Source: Azolla caroliniana (Eukaryota > Plantae > Polypodiophyta). From it: a stretch of DNA of 64,000 nt. Below are positions 24,923 through 38,665 of the stretch, piece by piece. The stretch is from positions 14,198,001 through 14,262,000 of the forward strand of contig JBHGNT010000018.1 of NCBI GenBank assembly GCA_043228905.1, read 5' to 3'. Below the pieces are notes generated by a model, which saw nothing but the letters and a program-made list of their open reading frames with translations, was not told the DNA's origin and made no database searches. The translations under genes were made by a program, and so were the position numbers. Positions within the stretch are counted from its first letter, which is position 1. Every line of letters begins with the position of its first letter.

Positions 24923-27900
24923 CATAGATTGAAGCATGCGTGATATGCGTGGTATTCGACATCCGCAATATTCGTAGTATTCGAGAATATAAAATTGCTC
25001 CAAGAATATTATAAAACCATTCGTTTATGGAAAATAAATTTATATAATAAAAATTATTCAATTCACTCAAAAAAAAAAGGAAAAATCACCAATTTATAGA
25101 AAAATGGAAGGTCTTCAAAATCACACTAACATAAGAAAGAAAAGTTTTAATTAAAGCGATTATGAGCCGTTATATTGTAATTTCTAAATTCTAGGTTCTA
25201 ACTTCTAACTTCTAAGTAATGCTTCGAAATGCTTAAGACTCTATGCACTATCACATTCATCATCCGTATCTTCAAGCTCATCCATAATGTCCTTATGAGC
25301 TTCATTTTCATCAATAGCTTGATTTTGCATTCTCAAAAGTCTCTCATCATCTTCTTCTTTGTTGATCATATCTAATGTTGCTTCAATTATGCATAATCCC
25401 CTTTCCTTTATTCTTCTTATGAGACAATGATTTGCATGTATGTAAACCAATTTCTCAACATGAGCATGAGTCAATCTATTTCTTTTTTTTGTATGTATAG
25501 ATGAGAATGTACTCCAATTTCTTTCACAAGAAGATGCACATGAACCTTGAGAAAGCACACGAATTGCAAGCCTTTTTAAGTTTGGAGTGCTTGCTCCAAA
25601 TGTTTCCCACCACTTAATTGCATCATGCATTCTAGTTGGATCATTTGCCATAGGAACTTGAAATGAACTCTTTTGTTGAGTTTTATAAGCATAGAATTCA
25701 TCTAATAAAACACCACATAAAGGTATATCACCATTAGTATACCGCATAATAGTTTCCATCCAACTTGTATTCAGCTTCTCATCAATATCTTGAATTTTTT
25801 CTCTCCAAATTGGATGTAAAATAAAACCAGTTGCATGCAATGGTGAATGTAGCATTGTCCATCTTTGCATACATATTTCCCGAATTTCATCAAGCAATAA
25901 ACGATCTACATCTTCAATGTGGTTTATTTCTTCTATCATACGATGAGTACATTCATAAATTAAACCCATGGTTGCACCTTCTCTATCCGCCAATCTAAGA
26001 ACTTTTAGGATAGGCTTGCATATCTTTACGATCTTCTTTATATTTGCCCAAAAAGAAACATCAAGTATAATTGAAACTATTTCTTCTCCTAGTTGTGTTT
26101 TTGATCCTTTCCATTGACACCATTGTTCACTAACCACCATTCTTCGTAATCCACCTTTGACTCTGTCATCCAATAAGTTTGACAACATGATAAAACTATA
26201 GGCAAATCTAGTAGTGGAAGGCTTTAACAATTCTTTCTCACTAAACTTACGAAACATTGCCAAAGAATATTGTTTTCGTGTAATAAACACGATTACCTTT
26301 GTAGCTAATTTCAAAACATCATGAACCCAAGCACATTTTCCAATATCTTCAAACAACAAATCGATGCAATGACATGTGCATCTGGTAAAAAAGATCATGG
26401 GCCACTCTTTCTCTATCATCCTCCCAGCTACTACACAATTAGTTGCATTGTCCATACAAACTTGCACAACATTTGATGGGCCAATATCAAGAATAACATC
26501 CTTTAAAATCTTAAAGATATACTCTCCCGATTTATATTCTCCACTAGTGTCAACTGATTTCAGAAACACAGTGCCATACGCAGAAGTAGCCATCACATTA
26601 ATTATTGGTCTATTCTTGGTATCTGACCAACCATCGCTCACAACAGTGCATCCAATAGTTTTCCATTTTTCTCTAATTTGCATAATCTCATTTTCAACAT
26701 ATTTCACCTCTTCATTCAAGTGCTTTTTGCGCAATTGATAAGGAGATGGTGGCTCATAAGACGGCCCAGCAAGTGCCGCAGCTTTTATTAATTCACGAAA
26801 ATATGTACTTCCCACTTTTACATCCGGTATATCCTCTACAAAAAAAAACCTCCTGATAGCTTCATCAACATTTTTATCAAGTTGCTTTTGCCATAACATC
26901 TTCAAAGGTACATTGTCTACTTTCATCTTTTTACTTGATGCATTACCAAACGATGATGAAGGCATTTCATTGATAGACGTTGATTCCACATTCGCATCAA
27001 CATTTGTGCTACAATTTTCAGCATTACATTCCATTGATGACTCATCATTCATGTCAACATTTGCACAACCAAATACCATTTTTTGTACTTCGGCTTTTAT
27101 AACAGCATCAATTTGACGGCATTTGTCAACACCTAAACCTTTCAAGCCCAATAAGTGAGCTCTGATTCGAAAGGGGCCACCAACAAATACATGGTGACAA
27201 TGATTGCATTGAACAACAGGCATACCCTTATCATGTTTTCTCAAAATGGCCACATGATTCCATTCGAAGCTCTTTTGTTTCACCATTGTGTAAATTAACC
27301 TTCAGCCTTTGTTGTTCCCTGGACCCTAACCTATGAGAATAACTAAAAGAATTAGGCGACAGTGAACTATTCCATAATGCAATGTTCTTTCATTGCACTC
27401 TGATTTGGTTTTTTTTGCACTTTGGAACATGCACAAGCAAAGGAGACTCTTCATTCCTTTGGTTGCATTGTTTATTAGAGCAACTTCTTCATAGTACATA
27501 TGCACATGGATTTTTTCATTTCTATATTTTGTTGCATAATGCAGAATAAACAAAATCTGACTACAAGGAACGAATTATGATTTATGAAATGAAATTCTAG
27601 AACAAATTCGAGAACAAAAAATTCGATGAAAACCAAATTCGAGAACAAAAAATTCTCTCTATTCTCTCTCGTGAGAGAACAAAACTACACAAAAGAGCAT
27701 ATATTTCTTGCAGGAAAATCAGAGGAGAAGCAAGAGCATACCTGAATCTGTTGTTTCTGTAGACTGCGAAGAAGAAGAGATTGCGCGCAGGAAGATGCAG
27801 AGGAGGATTGGAGCTTCAATGGGAACAGGCGAGAGAGAAAGGCAAGAAAACAGAAAGTCTCTGTTCGCTACTCGTCGACTGAATTTTTTCCAAAAAAAAA

Positions 27901-28014
27901 TTAGGGGAAAAAAAGGGGGAAAAAAAAGTTAACGAATATTAGAAGAAATATTCGTATACGCATTTGTTGGGATTCGTGGGGGAGGCCCCACGAATGCGAA
28001 TATTTCAATCTATG
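24923..28014 (-). mobile_element. Apparently autonomous hAT DNA transposon
   Basis: Perfect 11-bp TIR CATAGATTGAA / TTCAATCTATG, 8-bp TSD TATGTATG (24915-24922 / 28015-28022), subterminal ATTCG/CGAAT motifs. Confidence 0.95.
25241..27286 (-). CDS. hAT transposase (BED finger, DUF659-type, C-terminal dimerisation domain), 681 aa
   Basis: Uninterrupted ORF with CNHC...RAHL BED-like finger, SDGWS and MDNA acidic motifs, CTCH, TRF, and WWETFG...CERNWS...KKRNRL. Confidence 0.95.
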   Translation of the reverse strand: MVKQKSFEWNHVAILRKHDKGMPVVQCNHCHHVFVGGPFRIRAHLLGLKGLGVDKCRQIDAVIKAEVQKMVFGCANVDMNDESSMECNAENCSTNVDANVESTSINEMPSSSFGNASSKKMKVDNVPLKMLWQKQLDKNVDEAIRRFFFVEDIPDVKVGSTYFRELIKAAALAGPSYEPPSPYQLRKKHLNEEVKYVENEIMQIREKWKTIGCTVVSDGWSDTKNRPIINVMATSAYGTVFLKSVDTSGEYKSGEYIFKILKDVILDIGPSNVVQVCMDNATNCVVAGRMIEKEWPMIFFTRCTCHCIDLLFEDIGKCAWVHDVLKLATKVIVFITRKQYSLAMFRKFSEKELLKPSTTRFAYSFIMLSNLLDDRVKGGLRRMVVSEQWCQWKGSKTQLGEEIVSIILDVSFWANIKKIVKICKPILKVLRLADREGATMGLIYECTHRMIEEINHIEDVDRLLLDEIREICMQRWTMLHSPLHATGFILHPIWREKIQDIDEKLNTSWMETIMRYTNGDIPLCGVLLDEFYAYKTQQKSSFQVPMANDPTRMHDAIKWWETFGASTPNLKRLAIRVLSQGSCASSCERNWSTFSSIHTKKRNRLTHAHVEKLVYIHANHCLIRRIKERGLCIIEATLDMINKEEDDERLLRMQNQAIDENEAHKDIMDELEDTDDECDSA

Positions 28015-28215
28015 TATGTATGTATGTACGACGTGTCTAAATACCTCCAAAATTTGAAGAGGGCAAGTGAGGGAATCGCAGAGAGGGACGATGCAAGTCG
28101 CTTAATCAAGGGCAGGTGCGACCTGCACCGTCTGATGTGGAAAAAAAACGCTCGAAGAAATCGTCACTTCTTGGGGAGCCCGACTAGGAGCCTCGCTTAC
28201 TAATCAAGAGCTTGA

Positions 28216-28325
28216 CTAGGAGCCCCACTGTCTGAGACCCTCTATCACTAGGAGCCCCACTGTCTGAGACCCTCTATCACTAGGAGCCCCACTGTCTGAG
28301 ACCCTCTATCACTAGGAGCCCCACT
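28216..28325. repeat. 32-bp tandem repeat x3 (ACTAGGAGCCCCACTGTCTGAGACCCTCTATC), MULE subterminal
   Basis: Three direct copies visible, flanked by further GGAGCCC motifs. Confidence 0.9.
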
Positions 28326-29533
28326 CATTAATCAAGAGTCGGGCTAGGAGCCCCGCTCATTATTAATGAGCACTAACTATAAAAACCTTGAATCACTCAT
28401 TTTGAATCTATTTTGAAAAGAGAGTTTTTTAGGGTATTTGGAGGGAAGAATCAGAGTGGAGCACCACTTTCCACCAGCGAGCACTTCCCAACCACCTACA
28501 TTCGATCCACAAAACGAAGGCAATAATAGGTATGTATTTTCATGGTTATTTTTATTTTTTACATCATTTAGGGTTTCTTTTCATTTACATTTGATCATAT
28601 GGTTCCATATTCTAACATGGTGAGGGACTTAGTTGTTCCATTTTTCAAATGTATCATATAAATGCATTGTTATAATTTCACCATCAATATGAAGAAATGT
28701 TGAATTAGAAATAACTTTTTTGTATTTTCTTTCAACCCATTTTCATTGGTTTCCACCATACGAAACAAAGCTCAAATCAACACAAAATATGTTTGCTCAA
28801 GCATTGATTATCCCACATACTTAGTTACAACACAAGGTACGATTATCTTGAGCAGTTATGTATTCACGTTTACATACGTAGGAATGCAATTATTTTGAGC
28901 ACACGGATGTGGATACACATCATAGGTTTGTTATTTTCCAATTGGATGATGACAATGATAATATTATGTATGAGAGACTAGTTAAGCATTGTAAGCATAG
29001 ATATAATCACCATGAGCTCGTGACTAACTGCTACCAAATATTAAAGAGGGCAAGTGAGGGAATCGCGAAGAGGGACGGTGCATGTCGCACCGTTGTTGGC
29101 GCGTTCGATCTCCACCGTCCAAGATGGATAAAAAGCTGACAACGTCTGTCACAAGGAGCCCGACTCTGTGAAAAGGAGCCTGACTCTGCGAAAGGGAGCC
29201 TGACTCTGTCAAAAGGAGCCCCGTTGTCATACAACCTCTACAAGAGGGAGCCCGACTCTGTCAGAAGGAGCCCCGCTGTCAGACCACATCATTAAGAAGG
29301 AGCCCGACTCTGTCAAAAGGAGCCTGACTCTATAACAACAAACATCAAAAACTCCACAAAATTGTAAGTGTACAACAAATATTTGCCATGAAACTGATCA
29401 TAAAATTTCTCAAAAAAAACTAAAGATTCAAATAACAACTCTTACATAAAATATTAAAATGTCAAATGTTGACAACCCTAAAATGAAATATGAATATACA
29501 CATTACATATTAAGATTATGGCTCATGTCGGGA

Positions 29534-32500
29534 TTATTGCAAGATGCAACCACAATTTTTACAGCATGTAACATTTGAGTCCCTTGAAGTCAAGGTCAAG
29601 CCATCACAACGCAAACACCGAACCTTCTCATGGTCAACCAATGGCAATCTCCTCCTAGCCCGACTAGCACCTCTTTGTAGTTTTCCGGAGTGGGATTTGG
29701 AAGTGTTTGGGGAGCTGCCAATAAGTTCTTGTGAGATGTCTATTGTTGCACTTCTTTTGGCACCGATTTGTTGGTTGCGACTTATTGATCTACCATCTTC
29801 TTCATTGGTTGATTTTGGTGCACCAACGCGATACACCTTCTCAGTCACATCTTCCAATGTTTGTATACCTTCGACAATAGTTGCACGGTCAAAGGTTCCT
29901 AACCCTTGCTCGAGACATTGAAGTGCTTTCACGACCGTTTGTATTTTGGACTTGAATGATTCAATCTCGGATATTGTGGGGTTTGTCTCCTCTACTTGCT
30001 CTACCTCTGCCTCCACTTCTATTTCTGTATTATGGTCCATTAGCATTTGGGTCACGTGATCTATAAAAGGCAATGAGCCACATAAATGTGGCATATGCCT
30101 CTCAATAATCATTCGGATACCTAGTAAATGCTTACATTTACTCACAATGTCTTGGCAATCACAATATGAGCATTGGAGTGAGACATTATACCATAGAGTG
30201 GGAGTCGTCATGCTCAAGATTCTAAACCAATATCGGGCCTCGTCGACAATTTCAATTGTGGAAGTATTGTCGACATACCTTTCCAATATTCTCTCCGCTT
30301 CTTTAAGTCGGGACCTTTGATCCCTACAATTCGTACGGGGTGCAAACCGACCACTCTCACATATTTCTTGTCGTTGCTTGTACCACTCTATTACCGTTCC
30401 TCCTATGCAAGTGCCAGTTTCACTGTCCCCGATTAAGACATGCAGAAGGTCGGTATTTAATCGGTTTATTCTTCCCCTCAAGGCAGTATACTTGATAAAC
30501 TACCAATGTCTTTCCACAATATTGGTAGTGTCAACGTGTCCATAGTTGAACATTCTACCAAACTTGGGCCAGAGTTTTCTCCACACACATGTCAAACCAC
30601 ACCATCCTCCTTCTATATATTGCCAAACACCGGGCTTGTCCGCATATTCTAACTTTAACTCCTCACACATTGCATTGAATGATGATTCGGTAATGCATTG
30701 CATCAGTTGGCACATTCGTTGATAAAGATGGATTCTCTCATTTGCACTTACTTTTGGCAACAAGTTGTCCACCCATGACTTTTTGGCGTGAAACTGACAC
30801 AACGAAAGTCGACAATGTGTTTGGGACCGTTGCCCATTTACAACAATCCAAGATTGACGGTCTGTTGCAACTGTCATGATATGGCAAGACTCGAACCCAT
30901 GACCTTAGGTTATATGGGTCGAGCTCTTGACCATTAGATCATCTATTGTAATACGTAAGATATTATTTTCATTTACATTTTATTATAGGAAATTAGTGTA
31001 TATTCCAGATTTCTCTAGAACATTCTAGAAGCTTCAGGATTACTCTTGAAAACACTATAAAAGAGGGCACTAGGCATTATGTTGAACCAAATTGGTTCAA
31101 CACTAGTCTTAAGCCTTTTAGCCATCATTGTATATTCTCTTCATATAATACATATCTTTCTTATCATCACTCTCTCTCTCTCTCTCCGTCTCGCTCACTT
31201 CTTCCTTCTCTCGAAGAAGTTCTACACCTCTCATAGTACTAATCCTTCGTTTAGTACTAATTCCTTCTCTGTCTCAGTACTGTTCCTGACAGTTACACCT
31301 CTCATAGTACTAATCCTTCATTTAGTACTAATTCCTTCTCTGTCTCAGTACTGTTCCTGACAGTTTGAACCAAATTGCCTACCTTCTGTCTCTCTCATTT
31401 CCTACTAATCTTTTATTCCTCTTTTCTTTCAACCCATGGCCACTGTTAGCGCTGAAGAATATCAATCTGTTTTCTCGGAATTTCAATGCTTGAAGGAGAA
31501 GTTCCATGCTTTGGAACAAGAAAACCAACGGTTGTTGGGGGATCTTCAGCAAATCTCCTTAGAAAAGCAGCAAACGCAATAACAGCATGGGGAACTTGTG
31601 TTATGCGTGCAACAACTTGAAGCAACCATCGTAGTGATGCAACAACAAGGGCCCGGAACACAAGGGATTCATAAAGAACCCAAGATTGGCCTTCCCATGA
31701 AGTTCGATGGAACGCGATCGCAGTTTAGAGGGTTCCTTAACCAGGTACGATTAGTTATTCAAATGCATCCTTCCCGATATCCCACCGATGCATCACGAGT
31801 GGGTTTAGTAGGCACTTTGTTAAGTGGCTCAGCGTTGTCATGGTTCGCTCCACTATTAGAAAAGGAATATCCGTTACTCAACAATTTTGAAGAGTTTCTA
31901 GGTGAGTTTAAAGCATGTTTCGGAGATACTGACAGCATCAGGACCGCAATCAACAAAATTCGGCGATTACGCCAAGGTGATCGTCCAGCCTCTGCATACG
32001 CTGCAGATTTTCGCCTACTCACCGCCAATATCCCTTGGGATGATCAAGCGTTGATGGAGCAATTCCGTTATGGTTTATGCAACGACGTCAAGGATTTACT
32101 CTTGACCTTCCCCGAAGAGCCAAAGTCCTTAACAGAAGCAATCAGTCGCGCGGTGAGATGTGACAACTGCCTCTTTGAGCGACGTTCGGAACGACAGCTA
32201 CAGATGCCGAGGGCAAGATCAGAGCCCACCTACCCCTCAGTGGTAGCAAGACCTTTTCCGAGGGAGTCATATAATGCGCCTCCAGCGAATACTCCGACTT
32301 CGATGGAGATTGACACTACACGTCGTCGAGGGCCATTATCCGAAGAAGAAAAGCAGCGACGCTGTACAAATCGACTATGTCTTTACTGCGGTGGACCAGG
32401 ACATATCGCAATAAATTGCCCCCATAGGCCAAGAAGACAGGTAAACCAAATAGTCACTAGTTCTAATTGTATTAAACCCGAGCCTATTTCAGTAGGGATA

Positions 32501-35500
32501 TCTGATAGTCCTAATAGTACTAATAGCCCAGATCTAGCAAACAAATTTGATGTCCTTAGTCAGTTAGAAGAAGAGTTAAATGACTAAGTCCAGCCAAAAT
32601 AGGAGCCGTTTGGTTGGACAACCCTAGATCTGTGCAACCCATTAGTGGTTCCATTCCCTCTAAGCAAGTTAGTGATGTGTTCGTAGCCCAAGTAATAATT
32701 AGTACTAAAAGTACCCCTCCATTACATGTCCTAGCACTCCTAGATTACGGAGCTAACTCTTGCTTTATGGATAAGAAATTTGCTCAAGCTCATAAGATAT
32801 CCCTAAGAAAACTCAAGTGTCCAGCCTCTGTAGTAGTCATTGATGGACGTCCCATTGCTTCCGGAAATATCATAGAAGAGTCAGAGCCCATTAATATTGT
32901 CCTAGATAACTTAGCATGTGTAGTATCATTTAATATTATTAGTATCCCAGAACATCCTATAGTTTTAGGATTATCGTGGTTCGAGTTACATAACCCAGAC
33001 ATAGATTGTAGAACAAGAGAAATCCGGTGTCGACAAACCCAAGGGTCAACTCAGAAGATGGCAACCATTTCGCTACGTCAGTTGCAAAAAGAAGGGCGCA
33101 AGGAGGAAATGTTCCTCTTTGCAATATCAGTAAACCCCTCCAACACCACTAAAGAAGAATCCACCGTTCACCTTCCCGAGAAGTATAGTCATTACGCCGA
33201 TGTGTTCAATAAAGTACAAGCCAACACACTTCCTCATCATCGACCGTACGATTGCCCCATCGATTTACAACCGGGAAAAGAGCCGCCATGGGGACCGATC
33301 TACAATTTGTCACCAACCGAGCTGGAAGTCCTTCGGGCCTATATAGAGGAGAATTTGGAAAATGGTTTCATTCGACATTCGAAATCTCCAGCCAGCGCGC
33401 CCATTTTCTTTGTCAAGAAAAAAGATGGATCACTTCGTCTCGTTGTAGATTACCGTGGCTTGAATAAGGTTACAATTAGGAATAGGTATGCTCTTCCCCT
33501 TATCTCAAATCTTTTAGAACGGATCAATGGTGCCAAGTTCTTCACGAAGATCGACTTACGGGGAGCATATAACCTCGTACGGATCCGACCAGGAGACGAA
33601 TGGAAGACCGCGTTTCGCACCAGATATGGGCACTTCGAGTATACGGTCATGCCGTTCGGCCTCACTAATGCGCCAGCAGTCTTCCAACACATGGCTAATG
33701 ATATATTCCGAGATCTATTGGATGATTGTTTGATCATCTATTTGGATGATCTACTGGTTTATTCAAAGACCCAAGAAGAACATGATTCTCATGTACTATT
33801 AGTACTAAAACGACTTCGAGAACATGGTCTGTATGCAAAGCTGGAAAAATGTAGTTTCGGGTGCAACCAAGTGGAATTTCTCGGCTACATCATTTCGTCA
33901 GAAGGCATCTCCATGGACCCAGCTAAGGTCAAAACGGTGGTAGAATGGCAGACTCCGCGTTCGGTGCGGGATGTGCAATGCTTCCTAGGCTTTGCCAATT
34001 TTTACCAGAAGTTCATACAAGATTACTCAAAGATCGTTCTACCTCTCACACAACTTACCAGGAAGGGACAACCGTTCATCTGGTCTGAAGAAACAAACAT
34101 GGCTTTCGAGAGTCTTAAAAAGGCATTTACATCGGCTCCAATTCTAGCTCATGTCGATCCGGAAAAACCATTCATTATCGAAGCTGACGCATCGGATTTT
34201 GCATTGGGGAGCATTCTGTCACGACAGGGGAATGATGAGAAGCTACATCATGTGGCTTTTCACTCACGCAAGTTTGACGCCGCCAAAATCAACTACGAAA
34301 TTCATGATAAGGAGCTATTGGCAATAGTGGATTCTTTTATGCAATGGAGGCATTTTCTGGAGGGATCCTCTCATCCAGTCACCGTATTTAGTGACCACAA
34401 GAATCTTGCCTACTTTCAGGATGCTCGTGTGTTGAATCGACGTCAAGCTTGGTGGGCCCACTTCCTCACACATTTCGACTTCAAAATTACATATCGTCCG
34501 GGGAGGCACCAAGGGAAGGCAGATGCATTATCACGACGTTCGTATCTAGCACCCCGTCCCGGCGAGCCAGCTTTCGATAACCAAAAACAAGTTATCTTGG
34601 GACCGGCACGACTACAAACAACACAGATCTTTGACATGCCTATGGATTCCCGCGTTATCGATACCATACGTGAAGACTTGAAGACAGATGCGTTCGCCCA
34701 AGCTATACTAGCACAAATTGATCCCTCTCGAGCGTCGTGTTCACAGTTGCAACCACCAGGTACGGACTATCGGCAATTCAAATACCATGATGGATTACTC
34801 TTCTTTAAAGAACTTTTGTATGTTCCTAATGGTTCTTGCCGCCTTCGAGTAGTACAAAATTGTCATGACACATATACAACTGGGCATTTTGGTAGTACTA
34901 AAACATTACATTTAGTACAACGATCATTCTGGTGGCCCTGTATGTGACAATTTGTCAAGGATTTTGTTCGGACTTGTGATACATGTTGCAGAGCGAAAAT
35001 GCCAAGGCATCATCCATATGGTTTATTAGAACCATTACCAATTCCAAGCAAGCCGTGGCAATCCATTGCTCTAGACTTCATCACAGATCTTCCAGTCTCT
35101 AAGGGCTTCAATGCGATTCTAACGGTGGTCGATCGATATACGAAGATGGCTCATTTCTTGCCATGTACCAAGGAGATCTCCAGTAAAGACACTGCCGAAA
35201 TTGTCATGCGTGAAGTATGTCGGCATCATGGACTTCCCGATAGTATCATCAGCAACCGTGGACCCCAGTTCGTGTCAAAATTCTGGAAGCACCTTTTTAA
35301 CATGCTTAAGGTCACTTGTAACCTCTCCTCCGGCTACCACCCACAAACCGACAGCCAAGCTGAACGAACAAATCAAACGCTGGAGCAGTATCTGCGGTGC
35401 TTTCTCAGCTATCATCAGGATGATTGGGCAGATATTCTCCACTTCGCCGAATTTGCCTATAACAACTCTATCCACGCATCCACTAAAGTTACGCCATTTT

Positions 35501-36453
35501 ATGCTTATACGGGATGTCACCCCCGGTGGAGTGTACTTGAAACCCTAGAGGTGTCCACAAATCCATGCGCGGAGGATCGTTTGGAGCGGTTACGCAAGAT
35601 ACAAGCGGATTTATCTACTCATCTCCAACAAGCTCAACAAACACACAAGGTCTACGCGGATCTTCATCGACTTCCATCCAGTTTTAATATTGGAGATCGG
35701 GTGTGGCTGCTACGACGACACATCAAGACTACTCGCCCATGTGAGAAGTTGGATTATCGGCGATTAGGTCCTTTCCGTATTATTGGACAGATTAATGATG
35801 TCGCTTTTCGTCTCGATCTACCTCCTCAACTTCGGATACATCCAGTGTTTCATAGTTCTCTCCTCGAACCCTACCACGAGAGCACCATCCCAGGACGTCT
35901 TATCCAACCTCCACCCCCGATCGACCTTGAAGATGGGCCGGAGTACGAGGTTGCCGCCATCCTTGATTCCAAGATTGTTCGCAACAAGCTCTACTATCTA
36001 GTCGATTGGCTAGGCTATAGTCCCAGCGAACGTACTTGGGAACCGATCGAGAATGTGACCAATGCTCGTGCTCTTCTTGAAGACTTCCATCGTCAATATC
36101 CACACAAACCGGTTCCTCAATCCAAGACGACTCGTGACACTCGTCGTTTTAAAGGGGGGATAGTGTCATGATATGGCAAGACTCGAACCCATGACCTTAG
36201 GTTATATGGGTCGAGCTCTTGACCATTAGATCATTTATTGTAATACGTAGGATATTATTTTCATTTACATTTTATTATAGGAAATTATTGTATATTCCAG
36301 ATTTCTCTGGAACATTCTAGAAGCTTCAGGATTACTCCTGAAAACACTATAAAAGAGGGCACTAGGCATTATGTTGAACCAAATTGGTTCAACGCCAGTC
36401 TTAAGCCTTTTAGCCATCATTGTATATTCTCTTCATATAATACATATCTTTCT

Positions 36454-36489
<36 letters not shown>

Positions 36490-38220
36490 CTCGCTCACTT
36501 CTTCCTTCTCTCGAAGAAGTTCTACACCTCTCATAGTACTAATCCTTCGTTTAGTACTAATTCCTTCTCTGTCTCAGTACTGTTCCTGACAGTTACACCT
36601 CTCATAGTACTAATCCTTCGTTTAGTACTAATTCCTTCTCTGTCTCAGTACTGTTCCTGACAGCAACCACATTAGTTATGGCATTATATGATGTCCAACA
36701 TTTATCGATCATTATCGCATTTGGCCTCACCATGGGCATCCTTGCGAATATGACTCTCAAACAAGTTTCTAATGCCACTTGCTCATGGTTTGACCCCTTA
36801 TCAGAACTACAAAGCATGTACCATAATGGGATACCAATTCCCATGGTGTTGGGGGCAACTGCTGCAGATAATGGTAGCCCGAATTGGTTTGTTTTAAATG
36901 TCAAGTCGATTGCCCAAGAGTTGTTTAGGGTCAACCGCTCACACATTTCCAACATCCATTGATCTTGAAGTATCAAGATAAATGGTTATATGGGGGGAGA
37001 TCCTGCTTCACCAGTCAAGTAGGGTTGAACATGAGCCACTTTCCCAAGATCTCGGAGTGCATAGGCATCTTGCATCATCAAAGCCCAATCAACCTTAGTC
37101 ATGGCACTCCCAATTTTTAACCTATTTGCCATGTTATGGACCTCCTTTGGTATCATAAAGAACTGATAGGTAACAAGCTCTAATGGACTAGCCTTGGACT
37201 TATGATATGCTTCCTTACGCATGCTCATTCGTGCCACATGCCTTGCACACCCAACATCAAATAGGTCATCTTTGCAACAACTTATGACATTGGGGTGTAC
37301 TGGCAAATGGTACAAATCCGACCTACTACATGGTACATGACCACTATGAGGTCCATATATTGAAATGGTAAGTGTCTCAATGTCAACATCGTCATTGATT
37401 CTAACGTCCACATGGAATGTGCACCCACATCGGGGTGTGCACCTGCGTCATCGAGTGGAATTAGACGCAAGTCGAGATGTCCCAGCACAATGGCAACTAT
37501 ACCTAGTCACACGCATACCCTTCTTGACTCCTTTCCTTAAACGTGTGTGGTACTTGGTTTGCAAATCCATGAGCGCATCATCTAATTGGTGGGTTTCTAC
37601 CTTGATCACTTCTATGGGTAGGGTTTGTTATATTTGGCCATGCTTGATCCCAAACCTTCTATCGAGTCGAACTTCGATACCGTTTGGCAACCACAACTTG
37701 TAATGAGTGCTTTCACGTACTCCGGTGGGATGCCATAATCACGTACATCAGTCACATAAACTAGCTTTAACTCTTTAAGAGTCTTTGAAAATGTGTGATG
37801 GGATGTGTCACCATGTGACGCTGATACTACTTCCCTCCATTTCTCGACGTATAAGACTTGAAGATTAGGTGATGCTTTAAGGTAAATTGCACTCTCATTC
37901 CTGAGTATGAGACGACTCTTCATGCGCCTCCATGCATGAAGTGAAAGAGGTGCTCCCCTCGCGACATCACGTAATGCTTCCAATGTTACCTTAACTTGTC
38001 CCAATAAATCTTTAATCATCAAATTATACGTACCTCTTGAAAATGCAAAATACATGGGGGAACAATACATGAAGGGATCGACCGCCTCATCCTCACGATC
38101 GGAATTTGATGACTCAAAAGGATCCTCCAATTTGTCCTCGGATGCATTGGATGACCATGACGTATCCTCCAATTCATCTTCCGACATGGCGAAGACACCA
38201 TGATGCATTGTGCTCTCCAT
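29534..38220 (-). pseudogene. MULE transposase with SWIM finger, split by a Gypsy insertion (30872-36662) and frameshifted
   Basis: In order: CGCTFHV...HSGH (WRKY/FAR1-like finger), AIDLTFKTNQFGLPL and PNAIMIDK (acidic motifs), LCQFH (CxxH), TTNIVERHW (E), CDCQD...CKHL (SWIM), and a terminal CLRC...CKNC. The sequence rejoins across TSD GCAAC. Confidence 0.9.
30872..36662 (+). mobile_element. Ty3/Gypsy chromovirus (Tcn1-like) copy 1
   Basis: LTRs 30872-31362 and 36164-36662 (about 9 substitutions), TSD GCAAC, PPT AAAGGGGGGATAG. Gag 31436-32587 with a CAA>TAA stop at ~31580; pol 32614-36171 with a CGA>TGA stop at ~34945; chromodomain present. Confidence 0.96.
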
Positions 38221-38665
38221 AGCAAATACAATATGATCAAGAATGCCAGTGATTGAGGTGAATGAAATCAAATGAATTCAAATAATTCACATGAATGGAG
38301 TAGATTAACGATTGAGAATGAGAGTGAATGAAATAAAATGGCCTACAATATGATCAAATGAAATCAAATACAATATGATCAAGAATGCCAGTGATTGAGG
38401 TGAATGAAGTGAATGAAATCAAATGAATTCAAGTGAATGAATTCAAATAATTCACATGAATGGAGTAGATTAACGATCGAGAATGAGAGTGAATGATATG
38501 AGTGCGAGTGATTAATAGACTATTAAGGAAGGGAATGGGTTAATTGGGAATGATGGGAAGACTCTTAGTGCATGCTACTGAATTTGGTGAATTAATTTAC
38601 TATAGTCGTTAATATGACTGTTGAGACGCCATCATTACACGTAGTTGGGCACTTCCCTATTACTG

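Noticed and set aside
24399-25070. Several overlapping Arg/Ser/Leu-rich ORFs
   Set aside because: Alternative frames over exon 1 and (GA)n/(TA)n microsatellites.
28216-28325. Short regular repeats here and at 38666-38890 and 42391-42530 as CRISPR-like arrays
   Set aside because: Tandem units without unique spacers, no cas genes, and a eukaryotic TE context.
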